A stretch of 53,465 nucleotides of DNA, from contig DASTUX010000101.1 of NCBI GenBank assembly GCA_035759395.1, positions 1 through 53,465 of the forward strand, written 5' to 3'. This document shows, one piece after another, positions 42,771-53,465 of the stretch (its first letter is position 1; the number at the start of each line of letters is the position of its first letter). The stretch is from Nocardioides sp. (GTDB lineage Bacteria > Actinomycetota > Actinomycetes > Propionibacteriales > Nocardioidaceae). Below the pieces are notes generated by a model. The model was not told the origin of the DNA. It made no database searches and was given only the letters and a program-made list of their open reading frames with translations. A program made the position numbers and the translations under genes.

Positions 42771-45050
42771 TCAGGGCGCCGGGTTGGAGACCGCCACCGT
42801 CAGGAAGCCACCGTTGTTCGCGGTGATGGTTGCCGTGACGCCGATCCCGGCGACCTTCGTGGAGTTCTGCGGGTTCGCGGAGTCCCAGTAGGCGTTCGGG
42901 TCGGAGTCGTCGAAGGTGGCAATACCCGGGCTGGACGGCGCGCAGGCCTCGAGCGTCGTGTAGCTGCCGCTGGTCTTGCCCGCGACCTGCTTGTGCAGGC
43001 AGACAGCGTCGGTCGCGTCCAGCGAGAACGTCGCGTCGAAGGGCTCACGACGGTTGCTCGGGCTGGTGCCGTCCGGGTAGGTCAGCGAGTTCGGCCGAGC
43101 GTCCACCGGGAGCGCGTACCCGTGACCGGGGTCGGCAGTCGCGTTGTTGTCGGAGTAGGCCTCGTCCACCAGCCAGACCAGCATGCCGTCCTGGAACGGG
43201 AGGAACTCGACCCAGTTCGGACGGGTGACGCCCTCGGAGAAGTTGTACGGGCCCTGCTGCAGGGTGGCGTCGTACCCGACGTACTGGCGGTTCTCGATGA
43301 GGTAGTAGCGCTTGGTCAGCTTGGACTCGGTGCCCGTCGAGACCGACCAGCCGTTCGCGGTCCAGCCGTTGGCGCCGGCCTCGGCGCCGTCGGTGAAGGA
43401 GTAGGTCTTCCCCGAGACGATCGAGATGTCGTCGAGGAACGCGCCCGCCTCGTTCACGCCGCCGTCGGTGGCGTAGCGGAAGCGGAACAGCGACGGCTGG
43501 CCGTTGGCGGTGTAGGTGTAGCGCTGGGTGGTCCAGCCCCTCGAGACGCCGTCGAGCGGGGTGCCGGTGCGCAGCCAGGTCTGGCCGCCGTTGAGCGAGT
43601 ACTCGGCGTACAGGTAGTCGTAGCCGGCCTCGATCTGGTACCACGCGGAGGCGCTGATGTTGACCTTGCCGGCCGCCGGGACCGCTCGCGTGAGCGTGTT
43701 GCTGAGGTTGTCGCCGCGGCCGGAGTACCACGCGTGGCCCCCGGTCGGGGGCGTCGTGTAGTCCTTGACGTCCTCGGCGTCGGGCAGGTTGACCTTGAGG
43801 GCCTGGTCCGCCCCGTCATAGGTGTGCTGGGCCGGGCCCAGCGTGTACTCGCCGTTGTCGCCGGCGTTGACCTCGATGTAGTCGAGCCAGCCGAGGAAGC
43901 GCTTCTCCTCCGGGCCCATCAGGCCGGGCGTGGTGCCGATCCCGTTGGTGCCGTGGCCCAGCCACGAGCCCGACGACATCAGGGTCCAGAAGGAGGTGCC
44001 GTTCTCGCCGCCCGCGGTGTCGTAGTAGTCGGGCAGGCCGAGGTCGTGGCCGAACTCGTGGGCGAAGACGCCGAGGCCGCCGTTCTCGGGCTCGACGGTG
44101 TAGTCGCCGATGAAGTACTTCGAGCCGCCGATGCGGGTGCCGCCGTTGAGGTTCGTGGCGTCGCCGACCGACGGACCGGTGGTGCCGGCGGTGTTGGGGA
44201 AGGCGTACCAGCGGTGCGACCAGATGGCGTCGGCGTCGGCGCCGGCCTCCTCGCCCTCACCAGCGTGCACGGCCTGGAAGTGGTCGATGTAGCCGTCGGC
44301 CTCGTTGAAGTCGCCGTCGCCGTCGAAGTCGTAGCGGTCCCACACGTCGAACTGGGCCAGGTAGGCGTCGATCTGCTCCGCAGACTTCCCGGCGGCGACC
44401 TGCGCGTCGTACCAGGTGTTGCCGGTGTCGGCGATGAACTGCCAGGCGCCACCGGTGTCCTCGACCGCGTTGTCGCCGTACGTCGAGGCGTTGCCCGGGA
44501 CGGTGACCCAGTCCTCGACGGTGTTGGTTGCGGTGTAGCGGCCGCTGGAGAGCTGCGTGTAGAAGTTCTTGAACGACTCGCCGGGTCCGTTGAACATGTC
44601 CTCGTAGTGGGCCCGGTTGAAGTCGGAGACCCAGTACGTCGAGTTGTCGCTCGCGGGGTTCGGCTGCGGGATCTGGCCGTGCAGCGGGCCGGGGGTCCTC
44701 CCGAGCTTGCCGGAGCCCGTGTTCCCGAACTGAGAGAGGATCGTGAAGATCTTGTCCTCCTTCTCGATCGGGAACTCGACGTAGCTGCCGTCGGAGAGCT
44801 GGACGGTGGCGCCACCGCCGGGCTGCGCCTTGAGCTCGGCCTTGCCGGCGTCGAGCAGCGCGAGCGCCTTGCGCTTCTGGCGCAGCTGCTTCGCGGCGTG
44901 CAGCCCGTGCCGGTCGTCGGGCTTGACCCGGACGCTGTCCGACTCGTCGGGCGAGCGGTCGGAGGGGTTGGCCTGTGCGGGCTGCAGCAGGCTGAGGCTG
45001 AGTGCGAATGCCGCGCCCCCGGCCAGCAGGCTGGGCGTAAGTCTTTTCAC
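42771..45050 (-). CDS. immune inhibitor A (M6) secreted metalloprotease
   Basis: Signal peptide; HAGEGEE, IWSHRW, HEFGHDLGLPD zinc motif, WTLMSSGSW; GGGGAGGA RBS. Confidence 0.93.
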   Translation of the reverse strand: MKRLTPSLLAGGAAFALSLSLLQPAQANPSDRSPDESDSVRVKPDDRHGLHAAKQLRQKRKALALLDAGKAELKAQPGGGATVQLSDGSYVEFPIEKEDKIFTILSQFGNTGSGKLGRTPGPLHGQIPQPNPASDNSTYWVSDFNRAHYEDMFNGPGESFKNFYTQLSSGRYTATNTVEDWVTVPGNASTYGDNAVEDTGGAWQFIADTGNTWYDAQVAAGKSAEQIDAYLAQFDVWDRYDFDGDGDFNEADGYIDHFQAVHAGEGEEAGADADAIWSHRWYAFPNTAGTTGPSVGDATNLNGGTRIGGSKYFIGDYTVEPENGGLGVFAHEFGHDLGLPDYYDTAGGENGTSFWTLMSSGSWLGHGTNGIGTTPGLMGPEEKRFLGWLDYIEVNAGDNGEYTLGPAQHTYDGADQALKVNLPDAEDVKDYTTPPTGGHAWYSGRGDNLSNTLTRAVPAAGKVNISASAWYQIEAGYDYLYAEYSLNGGQTWLRTGTPLDGVSRGWTTQRYTYTANGQPSLFRFRYATDGGVNEAGAFLDDISIVSGKTYSFTDGAEAGANGWTANGWSVSTGTESKLTKRYYLIENRQYVGYDATLQQGPYNFSEGVTRPNWVEFLPFQDGMLVWLVDEAYSDNNATADPGHGYALPVDARPNSLTYPDGTSPSNRREPFDATFSLDATDAVCLHKQVAGKTSGSYTTLEACAPSSPGIATFDDSDPNAYWDSANPQNSTKVAGIGVTATITANNGGFLTVAVSNPAP

Positions 45051-45349
45051 GGTACGGGTCCTCCCCAGAGAAAAAGGTCGTCGACAGGGCATTCGACCAC
45101 CGAAACGCAGGTCACCGCAGGAAAACCCGGACGGTGAAGTTGTGCCGGAGAGACCCTCACCCACCGGGTGCCGGCGTGGCAAGGGTTTTGGGTGGGGAAT
45201 GTGGGGCGGCCGGGACGGCTGGCCCCACGTCCGGATGACGGGACCGGCGGGGCGGCCGAGGCGGCAGCGGGGAGCATGGACGGAACATGTGGAGGGGTCG
45301 GCGGCGTTGTCCTGTCGACCCCACCGACGAACTGCCGAGGAGCAAGCCC

Positions 45350-46582
45350 GTGTCCCCTGTGCCGACGAAGTTTGGCCCGCTCGTGGAGCCCGCCGCCGAG
45401 CTGACCATCGACGAGGTACGCCGCTACAGCCGGCACCTGATCATCCCCGACGTCGGGATGACCGGTCAGAAGCGGCTGAAGAACTCCCGCGTGCTGGTGA
45501 TCGGTGCCGGCGGGCTCGGCAGCCCGGCTCTCCTCTACCTGGCGGCCGCCGGCGTGGGCACGATCGGCATCGCGGAGTTCGACGAGGTCGACGAGTCCAA
45601 CCTGCAGCGCCAGATCATCCACGGCCAGTCCGACATCGGGAAGGCGAAGGCCGAGTCGGCCCGTGAGTCGATCGCCGAGGCCAACCCCTACGTCAACGTG
45701 GTGGTGCACCCCGAGCGCCTCGACAACGACAACGTGCTGCAGGTCTTCGAGGGCTACGACCTCATCGTCGACGGCACCGACAACTTCGCGACCCGCTACA
45801 TGGTCAACGACGCGGCGTACTTCCTGAAGATCCCCTACGTCTGGGGCTCCATCTACCGCTTCGACGGCCAGGCGTCGGTCTTCTGGCCGCATGCCCAGGA
45901 CGAGAGCGGCCAGTCCGTCGACGCCCCCTGCTACCGCTGCCTCTACCCCGAGCCCCCGCCGCCGGGCATGGTGCCGAGCTGCGCCGAGGGCGGCGTGCTC
46001 GGTGTGCTGTGCGCCAGCATCGGCGCGATCCAGGTCAACGAGGCGATCAAGGTGCTCACCGGCATCGGCGACCCGATCGTCGGTCGGCTGATGATCTACG
46101 ACGCCCTCGAGATGGAGTACCGCAAGCTCAAGGTCCGCAAGGACCCCAACTGCGCGCTGTGCGGTGAGAACCCCACGGTCACCGAGCTGATCGACTACGA
46201 GACCTTCTGCGGCGCGGTCTCCGAGGAGGCGGCCGACGCGGCCGCCGGGTCGACCATCTCGGTCGTGCAGCTCGAGCACATGCTCAAGGAGCGCTCCGAG
46301 GGCGCCCGCGACTTCGTGCTCGTCGACGTGCGCGAGCCCAACGAGTACGAGATCAACCGGATCCCCGGCTCGGTGCTGATCCCCAAGGGCGACTTCCTCA
46401 ACGGATCGGCGCTCGAGCAGCTCCCGGCGGACAAGCAGATCGTCATGCACTGCAAGACCGGCGTGCGCTCCGCGGAGACGCTGGCCATCGTCAAGGGCGC
46501 GGGGTACGCCGACGCCGTGCACGTGGGCGGCGGGGTCTCGGCCTGGGTGAGCCAGATCGACCCGAGCCAGCCGTCGTACTGA
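45350..46582 (+). CDS. moeZ: adenylyltransferase/sulfurtransferase MoeZ (MoeB + rhodanese)
   Basis: RRYSRH, GAGGLGS, DESNLQRQ, CYRC, PSCAEGG, rhodanese DVRE and HCKTGVRS; GAGGAG RBS. Confidence 0.93.
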   Translation: MSPVPTKFGPLVEPAAELTIDEVRRYSRHLIIPDVGMTGQKRLKNSRVLVIGAGGLGSPALLYLAAAGVGTIGIAEFDEVDESNLQRQIIHGQSDIGKAKAESARESIAEANPYVNVVVHPERLDNDNVLQVFEGYDLIVDGTDNFATRYMVNDAAYFLKIPYVWGSIYRFDGQASVFWPHAQDESGQSVDAPCYRCLYPEPPPPGMVPSCAEGGVLGVLCASIGAIQVNEAIKVLTGIGDPIVGRLMIYDALEMEYRKLKVRKDPNCALCGENPTVTELIDYETFCGAVSEEAADAAAGSTISVVQLEHMLKERSEGARDFVLVDVREPNEYEINRIPGSVLIPKGDFLNGSALEQLPADKQIVMHCKTGVRSAETLAIVKGAGYADAVHVGGGVSAWVSQIDPSQPSY

Positions 46583-46600
46583 ATCCCCTAGGGGTATACA

Positions 46601-46639
46601 TGGCCCGTTCGGACTACTTCAAGTAGTCCGAACGGGTTA
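46601..46639. promoter_or_regulatory. perfect 16-bp inverted repeat formed by two operator-like boxes upstream of the protease pair
   Basis: CCCGTTCGGACTACTT-C-AAGTAGTCCGAACGGG (46604-46636); boxes 23 bp apart. Confidence 0.65.
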
Positions 46640-46691
46640 CTCTGGGCGAGTTCGTTGGACTCTGCCGCCGACCCAGGGAGTGAAGAACTTC

Positions 46692-47600
46692 ATGAGCCAT
46701 GCTCAGTCTCACCACGCACACCGCGCCTTCGGAGCGCTGGCCGTCCTCGGCTGCGCCACGCTCGGCGCGGCGCTCATCTCGGCCGCACCCGCCGAGGCCA
46801 GCCCCGTGAAGGACGCCTCGGCGACCGCAGCCTGGGCTCCGGCCGACACGGCCACGATCCACCCCGGCACGATGATGTACACCGACGGCGCCCAGTGCAC
46901 CGCGAACTTCGTCTACACCGACGCGGCCGCCAACGTCTACGTCGGCTACGCCGCCCACTGCGCCGGCACCGGCGCGGCCACCGACACCGACGGGTGCCAG
47001 GCCGACTCCCTGCCGCTCGGCACCAAGGTCGACTTCGTCGAGGGGGGCTCGCTGGTCTCCGACGGCACGAAGGTCGGCTCCGGCACGCTGGCCTACTCCT
47101 CGTGGCTGACCGAGAAGCGGCTCGGCACCACCGACGCCAACACCTGCGCCTACAACGACCTGGCGCTGGTGAAGGTCGACGCGGCCGACCTGGGCAAGAT
47201 CAACCCGTCCGTCCCGTTCTGGGGTGGCCCGACCGGGATCGACACCGACGGCACCGAGCAGGGTGACGACCTCTACACCTACGGCAACTCCAGCCTGCGC
47301 GGCGGCATCTCCGAGCTCTCGCCCCACCAGGGCAAGAGCCTGGGCGACGACCCGGCCGACGGCGGCTGGTCGCACCCGCTCTACTCCGTGACCCCGGGCA
47401 TTCCCGGTGACTCGGGCTCGGCGTTCATGAGCGCTGACGGCCTCGCGGTGGGCACGCTGTCCACCATCGGGCTGGCCCCGCTGCCCGCGTCGAACAACAT
47501 CGGCGACCTCGCCCACGAGCTCGCGTTCGCCCAGGCGAACTCCGGGATCTCCGGCCTGCAGATGGCGCTCGGCACCGAGCCCTTCGCGCCGCTTCTCTGA
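46692..47600 (+). CDS. secreted trypsin-like (PA clan) serine protease, copy 1
   Basis: Signal peptide; triad YAAHC, NDLALV, GDSGS. Confidence 0.88.
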   Translation: MSHAQSHHAHRAFGALAVLGCATLGAALISAAPAEASPVKDASATAAWAPADTATIHPGTMMYTDGAQCTANFVYTDAAANVYVGYAAHCAGTGAATDTDGCQADSLPLGTKVDFVEGGSLVSDGTKVGSGTLAYSSWLTEKRLGTTDANTCAYNDLALVKVDAADLGKINPSVPFWGGPTGIDTDGTEQGDDLYTYGNSSLRGGISELSPHQGKSLGDDPADGGWSHPLYSVTPGIPGDSGSAFMSADGLAVGTLSTIGLAPLPASNNIGDLAHELAFAQANSGISGLQMALGTEPFAPLL

Positions 47601-47614
47601 CGCATCACCACGAT

Positions 47615-47650
47615 CGACGCCCCCGCCCGCGTAGCCGGACGGGGGCGTCG
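47615..47650 (+). terminator. stem-loop between the protease paralogs
   Basis: 11-bp inverted repeat CGACGCCCCCG / CGGGGGCGTCG. Confidence 0.6.
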
Positions 47651-47665
47651 CTCGTTGTTCCCGAC

Positions 47666-48544
47666 ATGCGTTCCTCCAGGATCTCGGCCGCCTTCCTCGC
47701 CCTCCTCCTCGTCGGGCTCGCCCTGACGCTGCCATCTGCGCTTGCTACTGCGACCGCGTCCGCGGCCGGTGGGACGGGCTCCCGTTGGGCCCCTGCGGCC
47801 ACGGCCCGGATCCACCCGGGCGTCCAGATGTTCACCAAGGGCGCCCAGTGCACCGCGAACTTCGTCTACACCGACGACGCCGGCCGGGTCTACGTCGGCT
47901 ACGCCGCGCACTGCGCCGGCCGCGGTGGCAGTACCGACACCAACGGCTGCGAGACCGACTCGCACCCGCTCGGCACTCCCGTCCGGTTCGCCCAGGGTGC
48001 GACCCTGGCGACGGCCGGAACGACCGTCGGCCACGGCACCCTCGTCTACAGCTCGTGGATCGCGATGCACCGGCTCGGCACCTCGGCCCCCAACACGTGC
48101 GCCTACAACGACCTGGCGCTGGTCCGGGTCGACCGCGACGACGTCGGGAAGGTGAACCCGTCCGTGCCGTTCTGGGGCGGACCCGTGGGCCTGTCGAGCG
48201 CCGGCGCGCCCGCCGGCAGCCAGGTGTACTCCTGGGGCCAGTCCAGCCTGCGGCCCACCACGGCACTCTCGCCGCGGACCGGTTCGTCCCTGGGGCGCAC
48301 CGGCGGCGGCTGGAGCTACGACGTCTACACCGCCAGCCCTGGTGTCCCCGGCGACTCGGGCAGCGGCTTCCTCGACGAGAACGGCCGGGCGCTCGGCACC
48401 CTGTCGACCGTCGCCCTCGCGCCGTTCCCGGGCTCGAACGGGATCGGCGACCTGGCGCGCGAGCTCGGGTTCGCCCGGGCGCACGCCGGCATCGCAGGGC
48501 TCCGACTGGTGCGCGGGACGAAGCCGTTCAGCCCCGTTCCCTGA
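47666..48544 (+). CDS. secreted trypsin-like serine protease, copy 2
   Basis: Same triad motifs; colinear with copy 1. Confidence 0.88.
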   Translation: MRSSRISAAFLALLLVGLALTLPSALATATASAAGGTGSRWAPAATARIHPGVQMFTKGAQCTANFVYTDDAGRVYVGYAAHCAGRGGSTDTNGCETDSHPLGTPVRFAQGATLATAGTTVGHGTLVYSSWIAMHRLGTSAPNTCAYNDLALVRVDRDDVGKVNPSVPFWGGPVGLSSAGAPAGSQVYSWGQSSLRPTTALSPRTGSSLGRTGGGWSYDVYTASPGVPGDSGSGFLDENGRALGTLSTVALAPFPGSNGIGDLARELGFARAHAGIAGLRLVRGTKPFSPVP

Positions 48545-48605
48545 GGCCGGGTTTGTGATCGTGGCGTGACCGATCGGGGCTCGCCCGCCGGGTAGGTTCC
48601 TCGCC

Positions 48606-49370
48606 ATGGGGGCGAGGCGCGAGTCGACGACGGCGGTGGTCGCCGTGCTCGGTGCCGTCCTCGCGATCGCCTTCCTGGGCACCTGGGCGGCGTCGATCGG
48701 GCCCGGCGACGTGCTCACCGGCGACGGTCCCGCCACGCACCGGGCCTCGCCGAGCGAGAGTCCCACCCCGAGCGACTCCGGGTCGCCCACGGCGCGGCGT
48801 ACCGACGCCGAGGGGCAACGGCCGGAGCCGTCGGGCGACCACCCGGTGGTCAGGGCGCTGCTGACGGTGGGCGAGGTCGCCCTCGCCGCGCTCTGGCTCT
48901 ACCTGATGTATCGGCTGCTCCGCTGGCTGTGGGAGAGATGGACCCTCCGGCGACGGCCCGATCCGCGGCCGGCCGAGGTCGCCTTCGACGTGCTCGAGGT
49001 GGCGCACCGGGTCGCCGAGGAGATCCACCGCGACGCCGCACGGCAGCGGGAGCTGCTGCTCGGCGGGTCGCCGCGCAACGCGATCGTCGAGTGCTGGCAC
49101 CGCTTCGAGCAGCAGGCGGAGACCGCGGGCCTGCCGCGCAAGCAGTGGGAGACGTCCTCGGAGTTCACCCTGCGGATGCTCGACCTCGTGTCGGCGAACT
49201 CGCCGGCCGTGGAGCGGCTCGCCGTGCTCTACCGGGAGGCGCGCTTCTCCGACCACCCGGTCGGGGAGCACGACCGGGCCGCCGCCCTCGCCGACCTGGA
49301 CGCCATCCACGCGGCGCTGGACTCGGCGCTGAGCGGTTCGTCCGGCGGTTCCTCGGGTGGTGGACCGTGA
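48606..49370 (+). CDS. DUF4129 domain membrane protein
   Basis: PRNAIVECW, ETSSEF, LYREARFSDH. Confidence 0.85.
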   Translation: MGARRESTTAVVAVLGAVLAIAFLGTWAASIGPGDVLTGDGPATHRASPSESPTPSDSGSPTARRTDAEGQRPEPSGDHPVVRALLTVGEVALAALWLYLMYRLLRWLWERWTLRRRPDPRPAEVAFDVLEVAHRVAEEIHRDAARQRELLLGGSPRNAIVECWHRFEQQAETAGLPRKQWETSSEFTLRMLDLVSANSPAVERLAVLYREARFSDHPVGEHDRAAALADLDAIHAALDSALSGSSGGSSGGGP

Positions 49371-49836
49371 TCGCGCGCAGCTGGCGCTGGCGGGTGGTGC
49401 AGACCCTGGTCGCCTTCGCGATCCTCGAGGTCGTCTTCACCTGGGTGGAGTTCGAGCCCGACGCGTTGCGGCTGGGGCTGCTGGTCGCCCTCTGCGTCGC
49501 GGTGCTCGGGCTGGTGCAGGAGAGCCTCGGCGAGCGTGGTCCGCTCTGGTCCGTGCACGCGGTCCGCCCGATGAGCCCCCCGGGATCCGACGTACGGCTG
49601 GCGGCGTACGTCCGCCTGGTCGAGAACCACCTCACCGCGCGCACCCCGGACCGCGGGCTGCGCGACCGGCTCGTCGTGCTCTGCGACGAGCGCCTCGAAC
49701 GACGACGCGGGCTGCGCCGGACCGACCCGGAGGCGCGCACGCTGCTCGGCGAGGACCTGCTGCGAGACCTCGAGGGCCCGCCCCGGCGGCTCTCGCGGGA
49801 CCAGATCGACGACTACCTGAGAAGGATCGAGGAGCT

Positions 49837-49840
<4 letters not shown>
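49367..49840 (+). CDS. hypothetical membrane protein
   Basis: Two TM segments; ends YLRRIEEL; GTGA overlaps on both sides. Confidence 0.75.
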
Positions 49841-50810
<970 letters not shown>

Positions 50811-50814
<4 letters not shown>

Positions 50815-52106
50815 CGCACTGGCACACGACCGCGGCGCTGAGCCGGGCCCTCGCCATCGGGAGCCTCGGCCTGGCGGTCGCGGTGCTCTCCGGCGAGCCG
50901 GTGCTGGTCGTCCTGACCGCGCCGTTCCTCGTCTTCGCGGCCCTCGGGCTCCTGCACCGTCCGACCACGGAGCCACGGTTCACCACGCAGCTCGACCACG
51001 CCGTGCTCCACGAGGGCCAGGGCACCCGTTCGCGCCTGTCGGTCGACGACCTGTCGGAGGTGGAGCAGGTCACCCGCCTGGCGGCATCGGTGCCCCACGT
51101 GGCGATGCACCCCGCGGACGGGCGGATCTGCCGGCTGATCGGCCCGGACGGGACACTGCCCGTCGTCGAGGTGAGTCCGCGCCGGTGGGGCCGAAGGAAC
51201 CTGGGCGAGGAGAACATCGCGCTGACCAGCCGCTGGGCCGGCTATCGGCTCGGGCCGACCACGCTGATCGGTCACCAGCTGCAGGTGCTGCCCGTGCGCG
51301 CCCCCTTCGACTCGCGCGCGGAGGCGCCACAGCCGATCGGCCTGGTCGGGGCGCACCGGTCGCGACGCCTCGGGGACGGCACCGAGTTCGCGGCGATCCG
51401 GCCGTTCCAGGCCGGCGACCGGCTGCGCCGGATCAACTGGCGGGTCTCGCTGCGCAGCCAGTCGCTGCACGTGGTGACCTCGCGCGGCGAGGAGGACACC
51501 GGCGTGCTCGTGGTCGTCGACGCCCTCGCCGACCACGGTCGCTCCGGTGGCGTCGACGGAACCGCGAGCAGCCTCGACGTGACCGTGCGGGCCGCCGCCG
51601 CGCTGGCCGAGCACCACGTGCGACGCGGCGACCGGGTCGCGCTGCGGGTCGTGGGTGCGGGCTGGGAGAGCGTCGGGTACGGCGCGGGGCAGCGCCACCT
51701 GCGGATGATCCTCGGCCGGCTCGCGCTGCTGCACGTCGGTGAGCCGCGTGGCTTCTCGGCCGACCACCTCCAGTTCGGTGCGACGGCCGGGACCGTCGTC
51801 ATCGTCCTGTCGCCGATGCTGTCCGATGCGATGGCGACCGCGACCGCCACACTGCTCCGCCGTGGCCTGCCCGTGCTCGTGATCGACACGCTGCCGCCGG
51901 ACGCGGCACCCGCCGTGGTCGAGGGCACCGACCCCCGGGTCGCGGATGTGGCCTGGCGGATGCGCCGGCTCGAGCGCGACCAGGTGCTGGCCCGGCTCTC
52001 GGCCCTGGGCTGCCCGGTCGTGGTCTGGCGCGGACCCGGCACCCTGGACGACGTGCTGCGCCGCCTGGCCCGGCGCGCCCAGCTGCCGCAGGTGAGCGCC
52101 CGATGA
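50811..52106 (+). CDS. DUF58 domain protein
   Basis: GTEFAAIRPFQAGDRLRRINWRVS; N-terminal TM pair. Confidence 0.92.
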
Positions 52107-52615
52107 TCGGCGCCTGGTCGCCGGGCCAGTGGGCGCTGCGCGTGACGATGGTGCTGGGCGTCCTGGTCGCGCTGGCGTCGACGACGCTGGTCGGCGTGGT
52201 CCCCGACTGGTGGCTGGTGCTGGTCGTCACCGGGCTGGCGCTCGGCTTCGCCAGCTCGCCGGAGTCACACGCCGGAGCGGTCGCCATGGCCTTCGTGGTC
52301 GTGTGGTGGGGCGTCTCCCTGCGCGACGGGCTGCACCCGGAGGCGCTCCTCGCGGCGGCCGGGCTGCTGGCGTCCCACGTCGCCGGCCTGCTCGCGGCGT
52401 ACGGTCCTGACGAGCTCTCGGTGGACGCCGCCACGGTGCGCCGCTGGGTGTTCCGCGGGCTCGCCTCCTTCCTGCTGGCGCCGGCGGTGTGGCTCGTGGC
52501 GGTCCTGTTGCGCGACCGGCCCGAGGCGCCGGGTGTCTGGGTCGCGGGCCTGACGGTCGCCCTCATCGCGACGGTCGCGGCGTCGATGGCGTTCACCGCG
52601 CAGGAGCCGACATGA
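52103..52615 (+). CDS. hypothetical integral membrane protein
   Basis: Multiple TM segments; ATGA overlaps on both sides. Confidence 0.75.
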   Translation: MIGAWSPGQWALRVTMVLGVLVALASTTLVGVVPDWWLVLVVTGLALGFASSPESHAGAVAMAFVVVWWGVSLRDGLHPEALLAAAGLLASHVAGLLAAYGPDELSVDAATVRRWVFRGLASFLLAPAVWLVAVLLRDRPEAPGVWVAGLTVALIATVAASMAFTAQEPT

Positions 52616-52941
52616 GCGGGCGGATCGACCCCGAGGAGTACCTCGAGCACGTGCTCTCCTGCGTCGAGCGGGTGCCGCGCGGCAGGGTGACGACGTACGG
52701 CGCGATCGCCGAGGTGGTCGGCGCCCGGCTCGGCGGGGGAGGGCCGCGCCAGGTCGGCTCGCTCAGGGCCGCGTACGGCGGCCCGGGGCCGGGGTGGCGG
52801 GTCGTGCGGGCCGACGGGTCCCTGCCGCCCAGCCACGACGCGGAGGCGCGCCAGCACTACCTCGAGGAGGGCACTCCGCTGAGGCCGTCCGGCAACGTCG
52901 ACATCCGGGCGGCCTTCTGGCGGCCGGGCGCCACGGGCTGA
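52612..52941 (+). CDS. alkyltransferase-like (ATL/MGMT family) protein
   Basis: VPRGRVTTYGAIA, PRQVG, WRVVRADG. Confidence 0.88.
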   Translation: MSGRIDPEEYLEHVLSCVERVPRGRVTTYGAIAEVVGARLGGGGPRQVGSLRAAYGGPGPGWRVVRADGSLPPSHDAEARQHYLEEGTPLRPSGNVDIRAAFWRPGATG

Positions 52942-52966
52942 GCGCGGATCCGGCCTCCCACGGCCC

Positions 52967-53359
52967 CTACATGCTGGGGCTGGCTGCCTGGCTTCTCCCC
53001 GCGTGCATGACGCGGGCCCGCATCACCGCGACGACCGCGGCGCCCAGGCCGATGACGATCGCGAGCACGGTCCAGAAGAGGATCAGCGCGAGGGCCAGTC
53101 CACCGAGCACCGAAAGGGCCGCTCCGGTCCACGGCGAGCGGTCCTCGATCAGGAAGCCCAGTCCGCCCAGCGCGGTGATGGCGAAGAACACCGCGGCGAC
53201 GACCACGTCGCTGTCGTTGTCGGACCAGAAGTCCGAGTCCATGGGCAGGACGACCAGCATTGTCACCAGCCCGACGATGCCGATGACTCCGAGCAGGAGA
53301 GCGCTGACCAGGCTGAGTGTCCCGAGCCGTCCGCCCGGTTGGCGAAGACGATCGATCAT
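52967..53359 (-). CDS. hypothetical membrane protein
   Basis: GGAGG RBS, ATG 53359, about 4 TM segments. Confidence 0.65.
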   Translation of the reverse strand: MIDRLRQPGGRLGTLSLVSALLLGVIGIVGLVTMLVVLPMDSDFWSDNDSDVVVAAVFFAITALGGLGFLIEDRSPWTGAALSVLGGLALALILFWTVLAIVIGLGAAVVAVMRARVMHAGRSQAASPSM

Positions 53360-53465
53360 GACGACCTCCGGCTGCGAGCGGCCGGCACCTGTTGCCGGGC
53401 TGCCGCACTTGTCAGTGTCCGTCTGCGCCCGCGGGCCGCGCAACCACTGTTCTGGGGATCCGAAA

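Noticed and set aside
45350-46582. MoeZ as sulfur supplier for the sulfotransferase
   Set aside because: MoeZ mobilises persulfide sulfur, not PAPS, and lies in the conserved backbone
46583-46598. CCCCTAGGGGTAT as a CsoR-type copper operator
   Set aside because: The left TAC flank is missing and no copper genes are adjacent

Overview
High-GC actinobacterial chromosomal segment; gene content and order suggest Nocardioides or a relative (inference, no search run). The backbone carries housekeeping genes: acyl-CoA dehydrogenase, DrrAB-type ABC exporter, MaoC, POT and MFS transporters, histidine phosphatase, DUF6758, PHP, SDR, ParA, L,D-transpeptidase, DEAD-box helicase, ferritin-like protein, DUF3107, TetR, M6 protease, MoeZ, two tandem trypsin-like proteases and a DUF4129-MoxR-DUF58-ATL operon. 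Two accessory blocks interrupt it. (1) A ~22.5 kb Wzx/Wzy-type surface-polysaccharide locus (8093-30549) between DUF6758 and PHP. It encodes a translationally coupled tailoring module (sulfotransferase, ParB/Srx-methyltransferase fusion, APH-like kinase), a Wzc-like pseudokinase, a Wzy-Wzz-like fusion, a CDP-alcohol phosphotransferase, a GH26-like hydrolase, a large PKD/beta-propeller protein and its own regulators (SARP/BTAD, histidine kinase, one canonical and one atypical LuxR/NarL response regulator). (2) A block at 31553-36860 with a Firmicutes-type (Spo0H-like) sigma-H, a secreted propeller protein and an Ntn-hydrolase acylase. A 16-bp CCR-nn-YGG box resembling Streptomyces BldM/WhiI sites occurs in ~23-bp phased arrays upstream of the GH26 gene and upstream of the protease pair 30 kb away. 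No rRNA, tRNA, CRISPR array, integrase or transposase was recognised. All family calls come from motifs read by eye.
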